Source: Malacoraja senta (lineage: Eukaryota). Taken from it: a DNA stretch of 64,000 bases. Under the pieces are notes generated by a model, which made no database searches, was not told where the DNA came from, and saw only the letters and a list, made by a program, of their open reading frames with translations. Every line of letters starts with the position of its first letter. Position 1 is the stretch's first letter. Below, piece after piece: positions 26,901 to 39,400 of this stretch. A program made the position numbers and the translations under genes. The stretch is from contig CM075988.1 in the NCBI GenBank assembly GCA_038087875.1, positions 24,182,001 to 24,246,000 on the forward strand. Direction: 5' to 3'.

Positions 26901-27364
26901 GGGAAAGGTTGGCACTGGGATTGTCCAAGGCAATCACCATTAATCCTGGACAAAGAAGAAGAGGGGAAAGAAAACTGACAACCCACATGATTCCATTCAA
27001 ACCCAAGAGGCACTTTAGACTTTACACCGCGGAAACAGGCCCTTCAGCCCACCGAGTCCGCGCCGGCCAGCAATCGCCCCGTACACAAACCTTCACACAC
27101 ACTAGGGGCAATGTGGTACTTCACGGCCAATAAATTAGGAGATCTGTAGGCTTTAACCAACCAGGTACAACACACCTTGCTTTTAAGCAGAGGAAATTCA
27201 AGGTCATCGCTGCCCAGTTTAAAAAAAATAATGAATATATTTTATTAGAAACGGTCATATGAAACTGTCCAAACAAGTGCAAGCGTGATGAGCAAGACTT
27301 TACAATTCATCTCAGAATTGGTACATGACAGTCATGAGGCCGTCTAACCCGTTGAGTAACTCTG

Positions 27365-27775
27365 ATACATTTTATCAGAATGCATCGCAGCTTGGTTTGG
27401 GGACAGCTCCATCCAAGACCGCAAGAAATTGCAGCGAATTGTGGTCGCAGCCCAGACCATCACACAAACCAACCTCCCTTCCATTCTCCATTTACACCTC
27501 ACGCTGCTTCAGCAAGGCCAGCAGCATAATCATGGACGAGTCACACCCTGGCCACTCCCTCTTCCATCAGGCAAAAGGTACAGAAGTGTGAATATGCACA
27601 CCTCCAGACTAAGAGACAGTTTCTTCCCAGCTGTTATCAGGCAACTGAACCATCCTACGGTAACTAGAGAGCAGCGCTGAGCTACAATATACCTCATTGG
27701 TGACCCGCGGACTATCTTTCATTGGACTTTACTGCCTTTATTTTGCACCAAATGCTATTCCCAGATCATGTATCT
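27365..27775 (+). mobile_element. Rex1/Babar-type LINE 3' fragment
   Basis: LQRIVVAAQTIT.., HPGHSLF, LPSGKRYRSVNMHTSRLRDSFFPAVIRQLN. Confidence 0.78.
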
Positions 27776-28044
27776 GTAAAGGAAAAGAGGTCGTTCCAGG
27801 AACCGCTGGAGAAGAGGCGTCCTGACAGAAATGTCTGAGAGTGGGGCTCAACTGGGGAGATCTCGAGGTGGAGGACATTTGTCAATGGCCGATGCTCCCT
27901 GGAGGAGCAAAGGGCTAAAGAAGATGATGTATCTGTATACTGAATGGCTCGATTATAATCATGTATTGTAGTCCCGCTGACTGGTTAGCATGCAACAAAA
28001 AGCTTTAAATTGTACCTCAGTACACGTGACAATAAACTAATCAT

Positions 28045-28376
28045 CTCTGACCCCTGGCCACAAACTCTTTTTGAATCACTTCCCTCTGGAAGGCGACTCC
28101 GGATTGTCAAAGCTGCCACAGCCAGATATAAAAACAGTTTTTATCCACGAGTTGTTGCTCTACTCAACAGCCAAATATCTGTAGCCTCCCTTTGATCTGG
28201 TATTTTGTTGGTTCACGTGCTTGATCAATGGTGTTTTATTATTAATGTTTTATTATTATTAATGTTTAGTGTTTGCGTCATTCGTAACTGTCACTGTATG
28301 TCATGTTGTTACTTGTGGGCGGAGCACCAAGGCAAATTCCTTGTATGTGAATACTTGGCGAATAATCTTACTTACA
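28045..28376 (+). mobile_element. Rex1/Babar-type LINE 3' end
   Basis: LFESLPSGRRLRIVKAATARYKNSFYPRVVALLN followed by 3' UTR and cttac-repeat tail. Confidence 0.8.
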
Positions 28377-29078
28377 TTTTAACCCCAAACTCAAGCCATA
28401 CCAGTTTGAGCCAACAGACCCTGTTCAATGATACGAGCTGACGTGTTAAAAAACAAAGGGAAAATATCACAGCCATAATTTTAACTCTGAAACAAAACAA
28501 CCTTTCTTTTTAAAGAATTGCACATGTACATGTCAAATCAAATTTTGAACAAACTTGGATGCAACGTCTGTGCTTTCACAAGCCGCACTGAGACATGCAG
28601 ACGGAACGTCAAAGAGATTAAATCAAATTCCTCTAAGAATCCGTATTCCCGGGAGAAAGGAAACTAGATTGCACAAATAAAACAGAGGAGGTCAAGGCAT
28701 TGGGGAATTTCTCTTTAGGCCATGCTTTTTAATTACACCCTAATTAAGCTGAAGTTGTCACTTAATTTTCCCCAGGGTAAAACTGGACATATGATGAATA
28801 TGGGCGCAACTTGCTTTTGTTTTAGTTTTAGTTTAGAGATACAGCGCGGAATCAAGCCCTTCTGCCCACCAAGTCCACGCTGACTTGTGGTGACCCATAC
28901 ACTAGTTCTATCTGACACACGAGGAACAATTTACAGAAGCCAATTAGCCTACAAACCTGCACATCTTGAGTGTGGGAGGAAACCAAAGCACCCAGAGAAA
29001 ACCCACGCGGTCACGGGGAGAATGTACAAAATCCGTAGACAGCACCCGTAGTTAGGATCGAACCTGGTTCTCTGGCGC

Positions 29079-29542
29079 CAGGGGCGGAAAACCCGGAGGG
29101 ATGTCACCCACCTCCCACGTTTTGAGAGGTGGGGGACATCCCCCCCAAGCTTTCCGCGAGACAGTGGGGGTGGGACTGATGTCGAGGGCGCGATGATTGG
29201 AGGAGGGAGACGTGGCACAGACCTGCGCCTCATCCGCAGGCAGGATCGATCCCGCCGGGTCTCCGGCGCTGTCCCGAGTGCCCCCCCCCCCTTCACGGGT
29301 GGCCAGAGAGGTCGGCAGTCAGACTCGAGCTGTGCCCCCAGGCCCACAGCCAGCTCAGAGAAAACAACGCTAAACCCAGTTCACACTGCCTGTCCCGCCA
29401 GGTGAACCTGCCTGGACTTGCGGGAAACATGGCCAGCGTGGAGAAGCAGCGCAAGTGTCCCGTCAGTCCAGACTGGGCTGTAGTTAACCCGGTGAGACAG
29501 GCAGAGTTGAGCTGCATTTAGCGCTGGATTGAGCCTCCGAAG

Positions 29543-29583
<41 letters not shown>

Positions 29584-29656
29584 TGTGCGCATGCGAGCGC
29601 CAAAAAAATTGTGTCCCCCGGTCCCCTCCATGTTTTGATAGCGAGTTCCGCTCTTG
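29079..29656. mobile_element. hAT-like non-autonomous element with 8-bp TSD TCTGGCGC, inserted into an HE1-type SINE; contains (TG)n at 29547-29580
   Basis: tctggcgc|caggggcggaaa ... gttccgctcttg|tctggcgc; the SINE sequence is continuous across the insertion. Confidence 0.85.
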
Positions 29657-30449
29657 TCTGGCGCTGTAAGGCAGCAACTCTACCACTGCGCCACCATGCT
29701 GCCCTTACAAAGCAAGTTGTATTACCTTCATCAGGCACGTTTCGATTGCTCAAAGTGGATCAAATCACTCAGCTACAAATTAAACTGTTCACTGCCATAA
29801 GCAACAAATGTTGAAGTCAGAATATTAAGCTCATTAAAACTGCTGTGATCGTTTTAATTGAAGTCGAGTCACTGAAGGAAAATATCCATGCGCCCAGCCC
29901 CAACCTGAATGGAATCGTGAGTGTCTACATGGTACTGGCCACCAGACACTTGTAGCACCATCTGTGAAACATGCAGCTCCAGAAGAGGCAGATATTCATT
30001 AACAATTGATCTAGAGTCTGTTCCCGGCCCCTTGATGGAACAGGTTAGATACCCGAGCTGCATTGCTACCGTGGGAAACCTCCTTGCTGACTGCACCAAC
30101 CTGCCTCCAACAGGGCTTTCACTAGAGTAGCCACAGGCTGCTGCAAGATTGTTTTTTATTTTCTTTCTGCATTGAAGACGTCTTCAGAGTAATTAGAATG
30201 AACAGCATCATAATTACCACAAGGCATTTACAGGGGCATTAGATAATGGCTCAACGTCAATTATTCAGTGAATGCATTTATTTTTCATGTAATGTACACG
30301 AAGGAAGGGCTTCCTGAAAGCAAGTTGCGCAACACACATCCAAAGTTGCCAATGCCTTCAAGATGTGACTTCCAAAAGGGACCATTCCTATGGGATGAGA
30401 GGAAACAGAGACTGATTCAAAGGGATTGCATGAAAGCAGAGATACTCGA

Positions 30450-30877
30450 GATGGGTTAACATATGATGAGCGTTCGACATCACTGGGTCTCTGCTCGCTG
30501 CAGTTTTGAAGGATGAGGGGGGGGGGGGGGGGGAGAGAACTCATTGAAACTTACCGAATAGTGAAAGGCCTGGATAGAGTGGATGAGGAGATGTTTCCAC
30601 GAGTGGGAGAGACTAGGATCAGAGGTCGGAGCCTCAGAATATAAGGACGTATCTTTAGAAAGGAGACGAGGAGGAATTTCTTTAGTCAGAGGGTGGTGAA
30701 TCTGTGGAATGTATTGCCGCAGAAGGCTGTGCAGGCCATGTCTATGTATATTTTTAAGGCAGAGATAGATAGATTCTTGATTAGTACGGGTGTCAGGGAT
30801 TATGGAGTAGACAGGAGAATGGGGTGAGGAGGGAGAGATAGATCAGCCATGATTGAATGGCGGAGTAGGCTTGATGT
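30450..30877 (+). mobile_element. CR1-clade LINE 3' fragment
   Basis: gagactaggatcagaggtc..agggtggtgaatctgtggaat..gatcagccatgattgaatggcgg, shared with other CR1 copies in the window. Confidence 0.82.
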
Positions 30878-33389
30878 AGAACAGAGATAGAACTATACTA
30901 TTAAAAATTCTAAAGAAGGCTCCAGACCAAAAACGTCACCTATTCTTTTTCTTCCAGAGATGCTGCCTGACCCGCTGAGTTACTCCAGCTTTTTGTGTCT
31001 ATCTTCATTACAAGCAGGATCTGTGTAACCAACATTTTAACACGCGGTTAGTACTATTCCTTTGGTAAATCAAGCAGCCAGCCATGGATAATGACATGGC
31101 AAAACATAAACATTGAGGTGGACTTTCATCATTTCTCATGATGCAAGGCCATTTGGCCCATCACATCCATGCCTAGCTCTCAGCAATACAAGTCCATCAG
31201 TCCTCCTTATTTCCATGCATCTCTACAACCTATTTTGTTTCTTGCCCATCAACTCCTTTATGGTTATTTTACCATTTATCTACACACAAAAAAAATCTAC
31301 AACAATTAATCTCTAATGTGGGAGAAAACACACATGGTCCTGGAGGAAGCATGCAAACTCCACACAGACAGCACGAGATGTCAGGACTAAAGCCGGTTCT
31401 CTGGAACCAAGGCAGTAGCTTTACTAGCTGCAACCACTGTGCTGCCCACACATGAATTAAAGAATTGAGAAAGGTCGTGAACCTCATTTTAAGGTAAGAG
31501 AATCAACAAAATTGAATTAATTTTATTGAAAGACAAAGCAGACTCTGGAGATCAGAGATCAGTCCTGATCCAAATTCTATTAATGCAAAGGTCCAGTTTA
31601 AATTAACGTTCAGGAGATCTATAATGGGTTTCAGGAGAAACCCCGCGTGCAGCTGGAAATGTAACTTTACAACAAGTGCCAACATGGTTGACATCAGAAC
31701 GAATATCTCATCGGCAACAGTGCTGGGATGGGCATGGATGATTAAACTGCTAAAACAATGCAACAGAGGCAGGGCGTTTCATCAAAGCCATCAATATGCA
31801 CATTTAGGAGCAGCTCATCCATGCCGTCACCTCTTGCCCAACTTGGAACCCAACCAAACAAAAGGGGATAAAACTGGTGATTCTTGTAAGTTCAGATCAC
31901 TACAGGTTGTGGTGGGTGAGTGAGCAGCCAGGCCACAAACAACTGCCCCATCACTGCTCACCAATCACCCTGGTGCCTCTACTGATGGGACAAGCACAAC
32001 ATCCAGGGTAATTGTTTTAGCTTGCCACTGTACAAGCTACAGACCATATCAGTCTGAAATAGGTACGGGTGTCCGAGGGCTATTGGGGGAAGGCAGGAGA
32101 ATATAGTTAGGAGGGATAGATAGATCAGCCATGATTGAATGGTGGAGTAGACTTGATGGGCCAAATGGCCTACTTCTACTCCTATCAACTTATGACCTTG
32201 CGAAACTCCATAGACCTTGGCAGGACACTCGATGTACACAACACTGGAGATTGTGTAGGCCACTTCACCAGGCTCTTGTACATAACGAACCTTGCACAGA
32301 GGTACTCTCTGGAATACGGGTCAGCGGGGCTGATCGTAATGCAAAGGGAATCTGGCTACATCAAGTCATTGAGCTTTACACATGGAAAAGGGCCCCAGGC
32401 CAAGCTGTCTAACTGAGCTAGTACCATTTACCTATTTTACCATTACCATTATATTATCATTTGCCCATATCCCTCCAAAAGATCTTCTATCGATGCACAA
32501 GCGTATTTTAAATGTAATTGTACCCACATCTACCACTCTTCTCTGCAGCTCATATACGCACCACCCTCTGTGTGAAAAAGCTGCCCCCTTGGGTCACCTC
32601 CGGGGTCTTTTAAATCATTCTCCTCTCAATGCAAACCTATGGCCTCTGGTTCAAGACTTCCCTGACCCTGGGAAAAGACTATTAGTCACCTGATCCAGGC
32701 CTCTCTTCATTTTATTAGTCTCCGAGGTTACCTGCCAGCATCTCCTAACACAAATGCTCCAGAAGCAGTAACACCTCCGTTTAAAAAAAACAGAAAAAAA
32801 CTCAGCGGGTCGGGCAACATCCCTGGAGAACATGGATATGTGACATTTCAGGACAGGATCCTTCTTCAGTGTCTGAAGGAAGACTCCAACGCAAAACATC
32901 ACCTATCAATGTTCTCCAGAGAGGCCAGGCGACTACAGCACAGTGTCCTTCCGTGTAAACCAGCATCTGCACTTCCTTGTCTCAACATCTTTGCTAACTT
33001 TTTTATTTTGTTGCAGCTTTTCCAGTTTAAAGACATCCTCCCAGAAGCAGGGACCGGACACAATATTCCAAATATCTCCTCGTCATACAAAAAGGTTACG
33101 TCAAAGAAAAACAAATGAGGAAACATGGACGTGCAATAACCGCTTTGGCTAAATATGCTGCACCTTTACAAATGCTGCACCAAAGGAGGGAAGAGGAACA
33201 ATGGAACAAGGGGAACAAAGGAAAGTGAAGTGAACGGCAGGTAATCAGGTACCAAGAGCCATGCCCAGATGTGGTGGAACCTTGATCAGTGCGGATGTCA
33301 GAGGTGAAGATGGGACAAGCACAACATCCAGGGTAATTGTTTTAAACTTGCCACCGTACAAGCTGCAGAACTATTCAGTCTCAAATAGG

Positions 33390-33576
33390 TGTTTAAGAAG
33401 GAACTGCAGATGCTGGAAAATCGAAGGTACACAAAAATGCTCGAGAAACTCAGTGGGGTGCAGCAGCATCTATGGAGCGAAGGAGATAGGCAACGTTTCG
33501 GCCCGAAACGTTGCCTATCTCCTTCGCTCCATGGATGCTGCTGCACCCGCTGAGTTTCTCCAGCATTTTTGTGTAC
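33390..33576. mobile_element. PLE terminal-repeat fold-back insertion with 14-bp TSD CAGTCTCAAATAGG (33376-33389 / 33577-33590); representative of >30 such copies (e.g. 2035-2270, 14325-14525, 15497-15725, 18210-18395, 19567-19762, 25382-25533, 36436-36645, 44585-44771, 55172-55362, 62260-62574)
   Basis: Two inverted truncated copies of the 41230-41327-type terminal repeat (aaggaactgcagatgctgg..aactcag..gcagcatct..gaaacgt) flanked by a direct repeat. Confidence 0.85.
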
Positions 33577-33849
33577 CAGTCTCAAATAGGCACAGGTGTC
33601 AGAGGTTATGGGGAGAAGGCAGGAGAATGGGGTTAGGAGGGAGAGATAGAACAGCCACGATTGAATGGCGGAGCAGACTTGATGAGCCGAATGGCCCAAT
33701 TCTGCTCCTATCACTTATGAACTTCTGGCAGCTTGGCACAAGGCCATTCGATCAGTGTAGACAGCAATGGCGCGCGCACACACACACAGAAACTGGCCAA
33801 CTTGTGCGGGGCAACGGAGCCGCTGCCCGAGATAGATGGCAGCAGATCC

Positions 33850-34155
33850 AATAGTTTAATTTGTCACGTGTACTGAGGTACAGTGAAAAAACTTTGTTGC
33901 TTGCTAACCAGTCAGCAGAAAGACTATACACGAATACAATCGAGCCATCAACATGATAGAGGGAATAACATTAATTGCAAGATCAATCCAGTAAAGTCTG
34001 ATTAAAGATAGTCTAAAGGTCTCCAATGAGATAGAGAGTAGCTCAGGACCACTCTAGTTGTTGATAGGATGGTTCAGTTGCCTGATAACACTCGGGAAGA
34101 AATTGTCCCGAATCGGAAAGAGTGCGTTTTCACACTTCTATACCGCTTGCTTGAT
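33850..34155 (-). mobile_element. Rex1/Babar-type 3' end; related 3' UTR copy at 3420-3665 (-)
   Basis: ttgtcacgtgtactgaggtacagtgaaaa..ggatggttcagttgcctgataac matches the reverse complement of the 27580-28040 region. Confidence 0.7.
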
Positions 34156-34294
34156 GAGACTAGTCCTTGATCACCTTCCAATAGTCTTCTGCCAAACGAG
34201 AATCGAACAAATATTTGAAGGGGAGTGAATTACGTAGCTGTGGGGAAAGTGTAGCAGGGCTAACTAAATTGTTCTTTAAGACAAGCGCATTCAC

Positions 34295-34630
34295 AGTGGG
34301 AATCATCAAGGACCCACACCATCCTGGCCACACACTCATCTCCCTACTACCTTCAGGTAGAAGGTACAGGAGCCTGAAGACTGCAACGACCAGATTCAGG
34401 AACAGCTACTTCCCCACAGCCATCAGGCTATTAAACCTGGCTCGGACATAACACTGAACTTTACTAGCCAATACTGTTATTTGCACTTTATCAGTATATT
34501 GACCATTGTGTATATATTTATAGAATGCCTTGTAGTAAATGCCTACTATGTTCTGTTGTGCTGAAGCAAAGCAAGAATTTCATTGTCCTACCAGGGACAC
34601 ATGACAATAACCTCACTCGACTTGACTTGA
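34295..34630 (+). mobile_element. Rex1/Babar-type LINE 3' end
   Basis: IIKDPHHPGHTLISLLPSGRRYRSLKTATTRFRNSYFPTAIRLLN; cttga-repeat tail. Confidence 0.8.
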
Positions 34631-36119
34631 AATGCAGACTGAATCTCCAAGGCTGAATGCATTGAACAAACACCTGAATCAATTGCAAATATTTCAATGA
34701 TTAAAAGGCCAAAAAAATATTTCTGACTCGGGAACGCCCGAACAGTTATCAGACAAAAGTGTTTCACTAAAAGTACAAAGCACGTCCATTGAAGCCTCTC
34801 TACATTTCCTCATCCATTCCCCTTCCCTCAGTGAGCAAAATCCATCAACCTTCAGACCGTGTATTCTCAACGAGCGAGCGATCAGCTACAGGCCTTGGAG
34901 GTGGAAAATTCGAAAGATTCACAATCTTCCAGCTGGAAAGAAATTTCTCCTCAACGCGGTGAAAAATGAGCAGACTTGTCATCGAGAGACTACAGCCCCT
35001 CTTTCTAAATCTCCAGCCAGAGGTAAGCGCTCTCTCATCACCTGCTCTGACAGGCCATCTCAGAATTTTGAAAGTTTCAATAAAGCCTTTCATTCTTCTA
35101 AACTCCAGAGAATACGGATCCACTTTGCTCAATCTCACTTCACAGGGCATCCCTCTCATATCTAGCGAATGTTCACACACACACAAGATGAATCAGTCAC
35201 CAAGATGAACACTCTCCCAGTGGCCTCACAGGGAACAAATAACTAGACTCAGACATTACATGGGCTCAATCCATGTTTTTACCTTGAGGGTTTGTACGTT
35301 TAAGGTGAAGGGGAAAAGATTTAATAGGAATCTGAGGGGCAACTTTTTCCACACAAAGGGTGGTGGGTGTATGGAACAAGCTGCCGGAGGAGGTAGTTGA
35401 GGCAGGGACTATCCCAACGATTAAGAAGCAGTTAAACAGGTACATGGATAGGGCAAGTATGGCGGGATATGGGCCAATTGCAGGCAGGTGGGACTAATGT
35501 AGATGGGACATGTTGGCCGGTGTGGGCAAGATGGGCTGAAGGGCCTGTTTCCACACCGTATGAATTAATGACTGATATTCTTCCCATATTATACACGTGC
35601 CCCCTTCCGGCCACAAGCCGTGTCAATATTGATGGTCCAATAAATCCCTCACAGGTTTAAGCATTCCCGCTGAACCTCCTTTCAACTTTCTCTCCATCAA
35701 GGAGAACAATCCCAGTTCTCATGAGATGAATTGTCATGCCATTCTGCCAATTTCCCCTATACCTACACCATGAATCAGAGTAGATTAATTGAACACACAC
35801 ACACACTAAATGGGGGCATTCTTGTAAAACTGCAATATTACAGACGTGAATGGTTTTCTATCACATCATTCACTGTTCTCTCCACGGATGCTCACTGGCC
35901 TACTCAATGCTGCAAGCAACTTTTGCTTTTATAACATTACACACTGGAATACATACAATAATATGCATGTAACCCTCTCCATCAAACAATGACATTTAGT
36001 TAACCAATTCAATTGCACAGGCGCTGGCTTCAGCAAGATCTACAGTCGCTCGCCCTGTGTAGGAAGGAACTGCAGATGAAGACAAGTCACAAAATGCACA
36101 TGGATATGGATCACACACA

Positions 36120-36425
36120 GTTTCGTTTAGAGATACAGCGCGGAAACAAGCCCTACGGCTCCTGGGTCCACGCCGACCAGCGACCCCCCCACACATTAAC
36201 ACTATCCTACACCCATTAGGGACAATTTTTACATTCACCAATTAACCTACAAACCTGTACGTCTTTGGAGTGTGGGAGGAAACCGAAGATCTCGGAGAAA
36301 ACCCACGCAGGTCACGGGGAGAACGTGCAAACTCCGTACAGACAGCACCCGTAGTCTGGATCGAACCCGGGTCTCTGGCGCTGCATTCGCTGCACAAGGC
36401 AGCAACTCTACCGCTGCGCCACCGC
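36120..36425 (-). mobile_element. HE1-type (V-SINE superfamily) tRNA-derived SINE, near full length; representative of ~20 copies (e.g. 110-425 -, 3670-4016 -, 4550-4832 +, 12075-12400 -, 18775-18975 -, 20985-21430 +, 25170-25615 +, 28820-29705 -, 40145-40430 -, 47315-47630 -, 48125-48505 -, 55550-55780 -, 57375-57682 -, 58017-58285 +, 60130-60380 +)
   Basis: Sense strand: pol III A box TGGCGCAGCGG, B box GGTTCGATCC, central gtttgcacgttctccccgtgacc..ggtttcctcccacactccaaagac core, tail ..gctgtatctctaaac. Matches the recalled elasmobranch HE1 organisation. Confidence 0.88.
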
Positions 36426-39400
36426 GAATTTAACTTGAAGACAGACACAAAATCCTGGAGTAACTCAGCGGATCAGGCAGTATCTCTGAAGAGATGGAAC
36501 AGGTGACGTATCTGACCAATACCCTTCCTCCTGAAGAATGGTCTCGACCGGAAACGTCATCCATTCCTTCTCTCCAGAGTTGCTGCCTTTCCCGCTGAGT
36601 TACTCCAGCATTTTGTGTCTATCTTCGGTGTAAACCAGCATCTACATAGAAACATTGAAAACAGGTGCAGGAGGAGGCCATTCTGCCCTTCGAACCAGCA
36701 ACGGCATTCATTGTGATCATGGCTGATCGTCCCCAGTCAATAACCAGTGCCTGCCTCAATAACCAGTGCCTGGCGTTCCTTCCTACACATTTTGTCCTGC
36801 ACCTTATTTAATGATATCTCCCCCAACCCAATAAGAGGAAAAACATCATTAGCCGAGGCTTCGTACCACTTTGCTAACACGCACTCAGAGGAGTGACAGC
36901 CCATCTCCAGCTTTCTAATGGCCAAGTGGATTGGATTAGAGCGGGCAATTGGAGACACTGATCACATCGTCCCATCCGTGAGTTGAGACTGAAATGTTCA
37001 ATCATTGGTCAGATGTAGGCACTAAGTTCTGCCGCCAACAAGCAGCATCATGTCATCTTACTACATTGAATGCATGACATATATGAAAACCATATCTAAC
37101 GCTTCAAACACACAATACAGGGGATCAAGCAACAGGGACAGTTTTAATATCTGTCTGCAAACACCAATATAAATGGCAACTTTAAAGTGGCTGGTCAATG
37201 GATCAGAGAGAGCATAGATTTGACAAATGCAGCTGAATCTCTTGGAAATAACCCTTTCTACTTTCAACAAAGACAATTTGGCTTCAAATAGGGTATTGAT
37301 TTTGCCGAGTACAACACTGAGAAATTCTATTCATTGTGGAAAACAACCGACATAATCATAAGATCATAAGTGATAGAAACAGAATTGAGCCATTCAGCCC
37401 ATCAAGTCTACTCCGCCATTCAATCATGGCTGATCTATTTCTCCCTCTTAACCCCATTCTCCTGCCTTCTCCCCATAACCACCGACACCCATACCAATCA
37501 ATAATCTATCTATCTCTGCCTTAAAATATATCCACTGATGACCTCCACAACCTTTTGTGGCAAGGAATTCCACAAAGATTCACCACCCTGACAAAAGAAA
37601 ATCCTCCTCTCCTTCCTAAATGAAAGTCCTTTAATTCTGAGGCCGTGCCCTCTAGTCCTACTGTTGACTTGGAATTGAAGCCAACATGTTTAACCAGCTC
37701 AGAATGCAATGGCCACCTTCACCACCTGCAATGTGCCCACTTCCAACCTTTGCCGCTGTTAAAGAGCTCAGACTGGAGCAGGATAGAAAACAAGCTGCTG
37801 CAAGAACAATTTACACCGAAGACAGACACAAAAGGCTGGAGTAACTCAAGTCTGATGAAGGGTCACGACCCAAAACGCCACCTATTCCTTTTCTCCAGAG
37901 TAGCTGCCCAAGCCGCGGAGTTACTCCAGCTTTGTGTGTCCATCTATAAAACAAGACTGTTGCGTGTCACATTAGGAACCAGGCTCAGCGTAACTGAAGA
38001 CCTCTACTGCCTGGATCTGAAGCTGGTCTGATGCAAAACCTACTCCGAGCGATAACGCAGGGTCTACGAACAGAAGAGACCACTCGGACCAGGACTCTGC
38101 GCGCGCGAGATAGTGAAGTCAAACGCTGCACAAAAGGGGCAGCTGCCTGGTTCTGGCATCAAACTCTGAAACAAAAACAGAAAATGGTGGAAGCACTGAG
38201 CAGGTCAGGACACACCTGTAGACGAGAATCAGCGTCCATGCTTCAGGTCGGTGACCCTTCACCGGTTATGAGAACGAGAAGAGAAAGGCAGGAGGGGTAG
38301 GTTAACGGGGATGTCACTGACATAGTACAACTGGGAGGACCCATTGAGATAAGTTGTAAACGAGGTTCTCTCAAGTGTCAGAGGTAGACCCGAAACTTTG
38401 CCTATTTCCTTCGCTCCATAGATGCTGCCTCACCTGCTGAGTATCCCCAGCATTATTGTCTACCTTCGATTTTTCAGCATCTGCAGTTCCTTCTTAAACA
38501 TTCTCTCAAGTGCCAGGAGTATTTACTTGGCATATCTCCTCACTTTTCCCCTTGCTCTACCTGGACTCACATCCATTTCTGCTCCTCCACCTATAATCCT
38601 TCTCCTGGCTTCATAATTCACTCTTATCCTCCCCGCACTTTTTTTCTTTGATCTGCCTATCAACTCCCCCACCCCCCCCCCCCTCCCTTCACTTCTCACT
38701 CAAAAAGACGGAGCTGGTGTAATTCAGCGGGTCAGGCAGCATCGCTGGATTACATGGGCATGTGATGGGGTGGGTCGCGACCCATCTCCAGTCTAAAAGG
38801 TCCCGACATCTATCCATGGGGAGAGTGCAGAATAGGTTTACAAGTGATAACCGAAGATCAGTCGAAGAGTCTCAACTCAAAATGGCACCCATTGTTTTCC
38901 TGCAGAGATGCTGCCCGACCCATTGTGTTACTCCAGCGTAACTTACTGTGTCTATCTTAGGTCGAGAAGTATGTTGTCTAAATGAGGGCGTATTGGCTGT
39001 CAGGAGACGTTGGATACACTTGCATTGTTTTCTCTTGAGCATTGGAGACTTGATGGGTTTATTAAATTATTAGAGACATGGACAGGGTAGACAAGCAGAA
39101 CCTTTCTCTTAACCCCCACCCCCTCCCTCCCATGTCCATCCTCCACTCCAAACACACTGAAACAGGCATAGACAATAGACAATTAGTTGAGGCCAGTTCA
39201 TTGGCTATATTTAAGAGGGAGTTAGATGTGGCCCTTGTGGCTAAAGGGATCAGGGGGTATGGAGAGAAGGCAGGTGCAGGATACCGAGTTAGATGATCAG
39301 CCATGATCATATTGAATGGCGGTGCAGGCTCCAAGGGCCGAATGGCCTACTCCTGCACCTATTTTCTATGTTTCTAATAGACAATAGACAAAGGATTAGG

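Noticed and set aside
29904..30140. Minus-strand open frame bounded by ttgcag and CAG|gttggg
   Set aside because: A-rich acceptor without a pyrimidine tract; peptide unrecognisable.
33261..33854. 197-aa ORF
   Set aside because: Read-through of a PLE fold-back and a CR1 tail; no protein-like features.
36340..36425. tRNA-like A/B boxes
   Set aside because: SINE heads, not tRNA genes: each is followed by SINE body and tail and occurs ~20 times.
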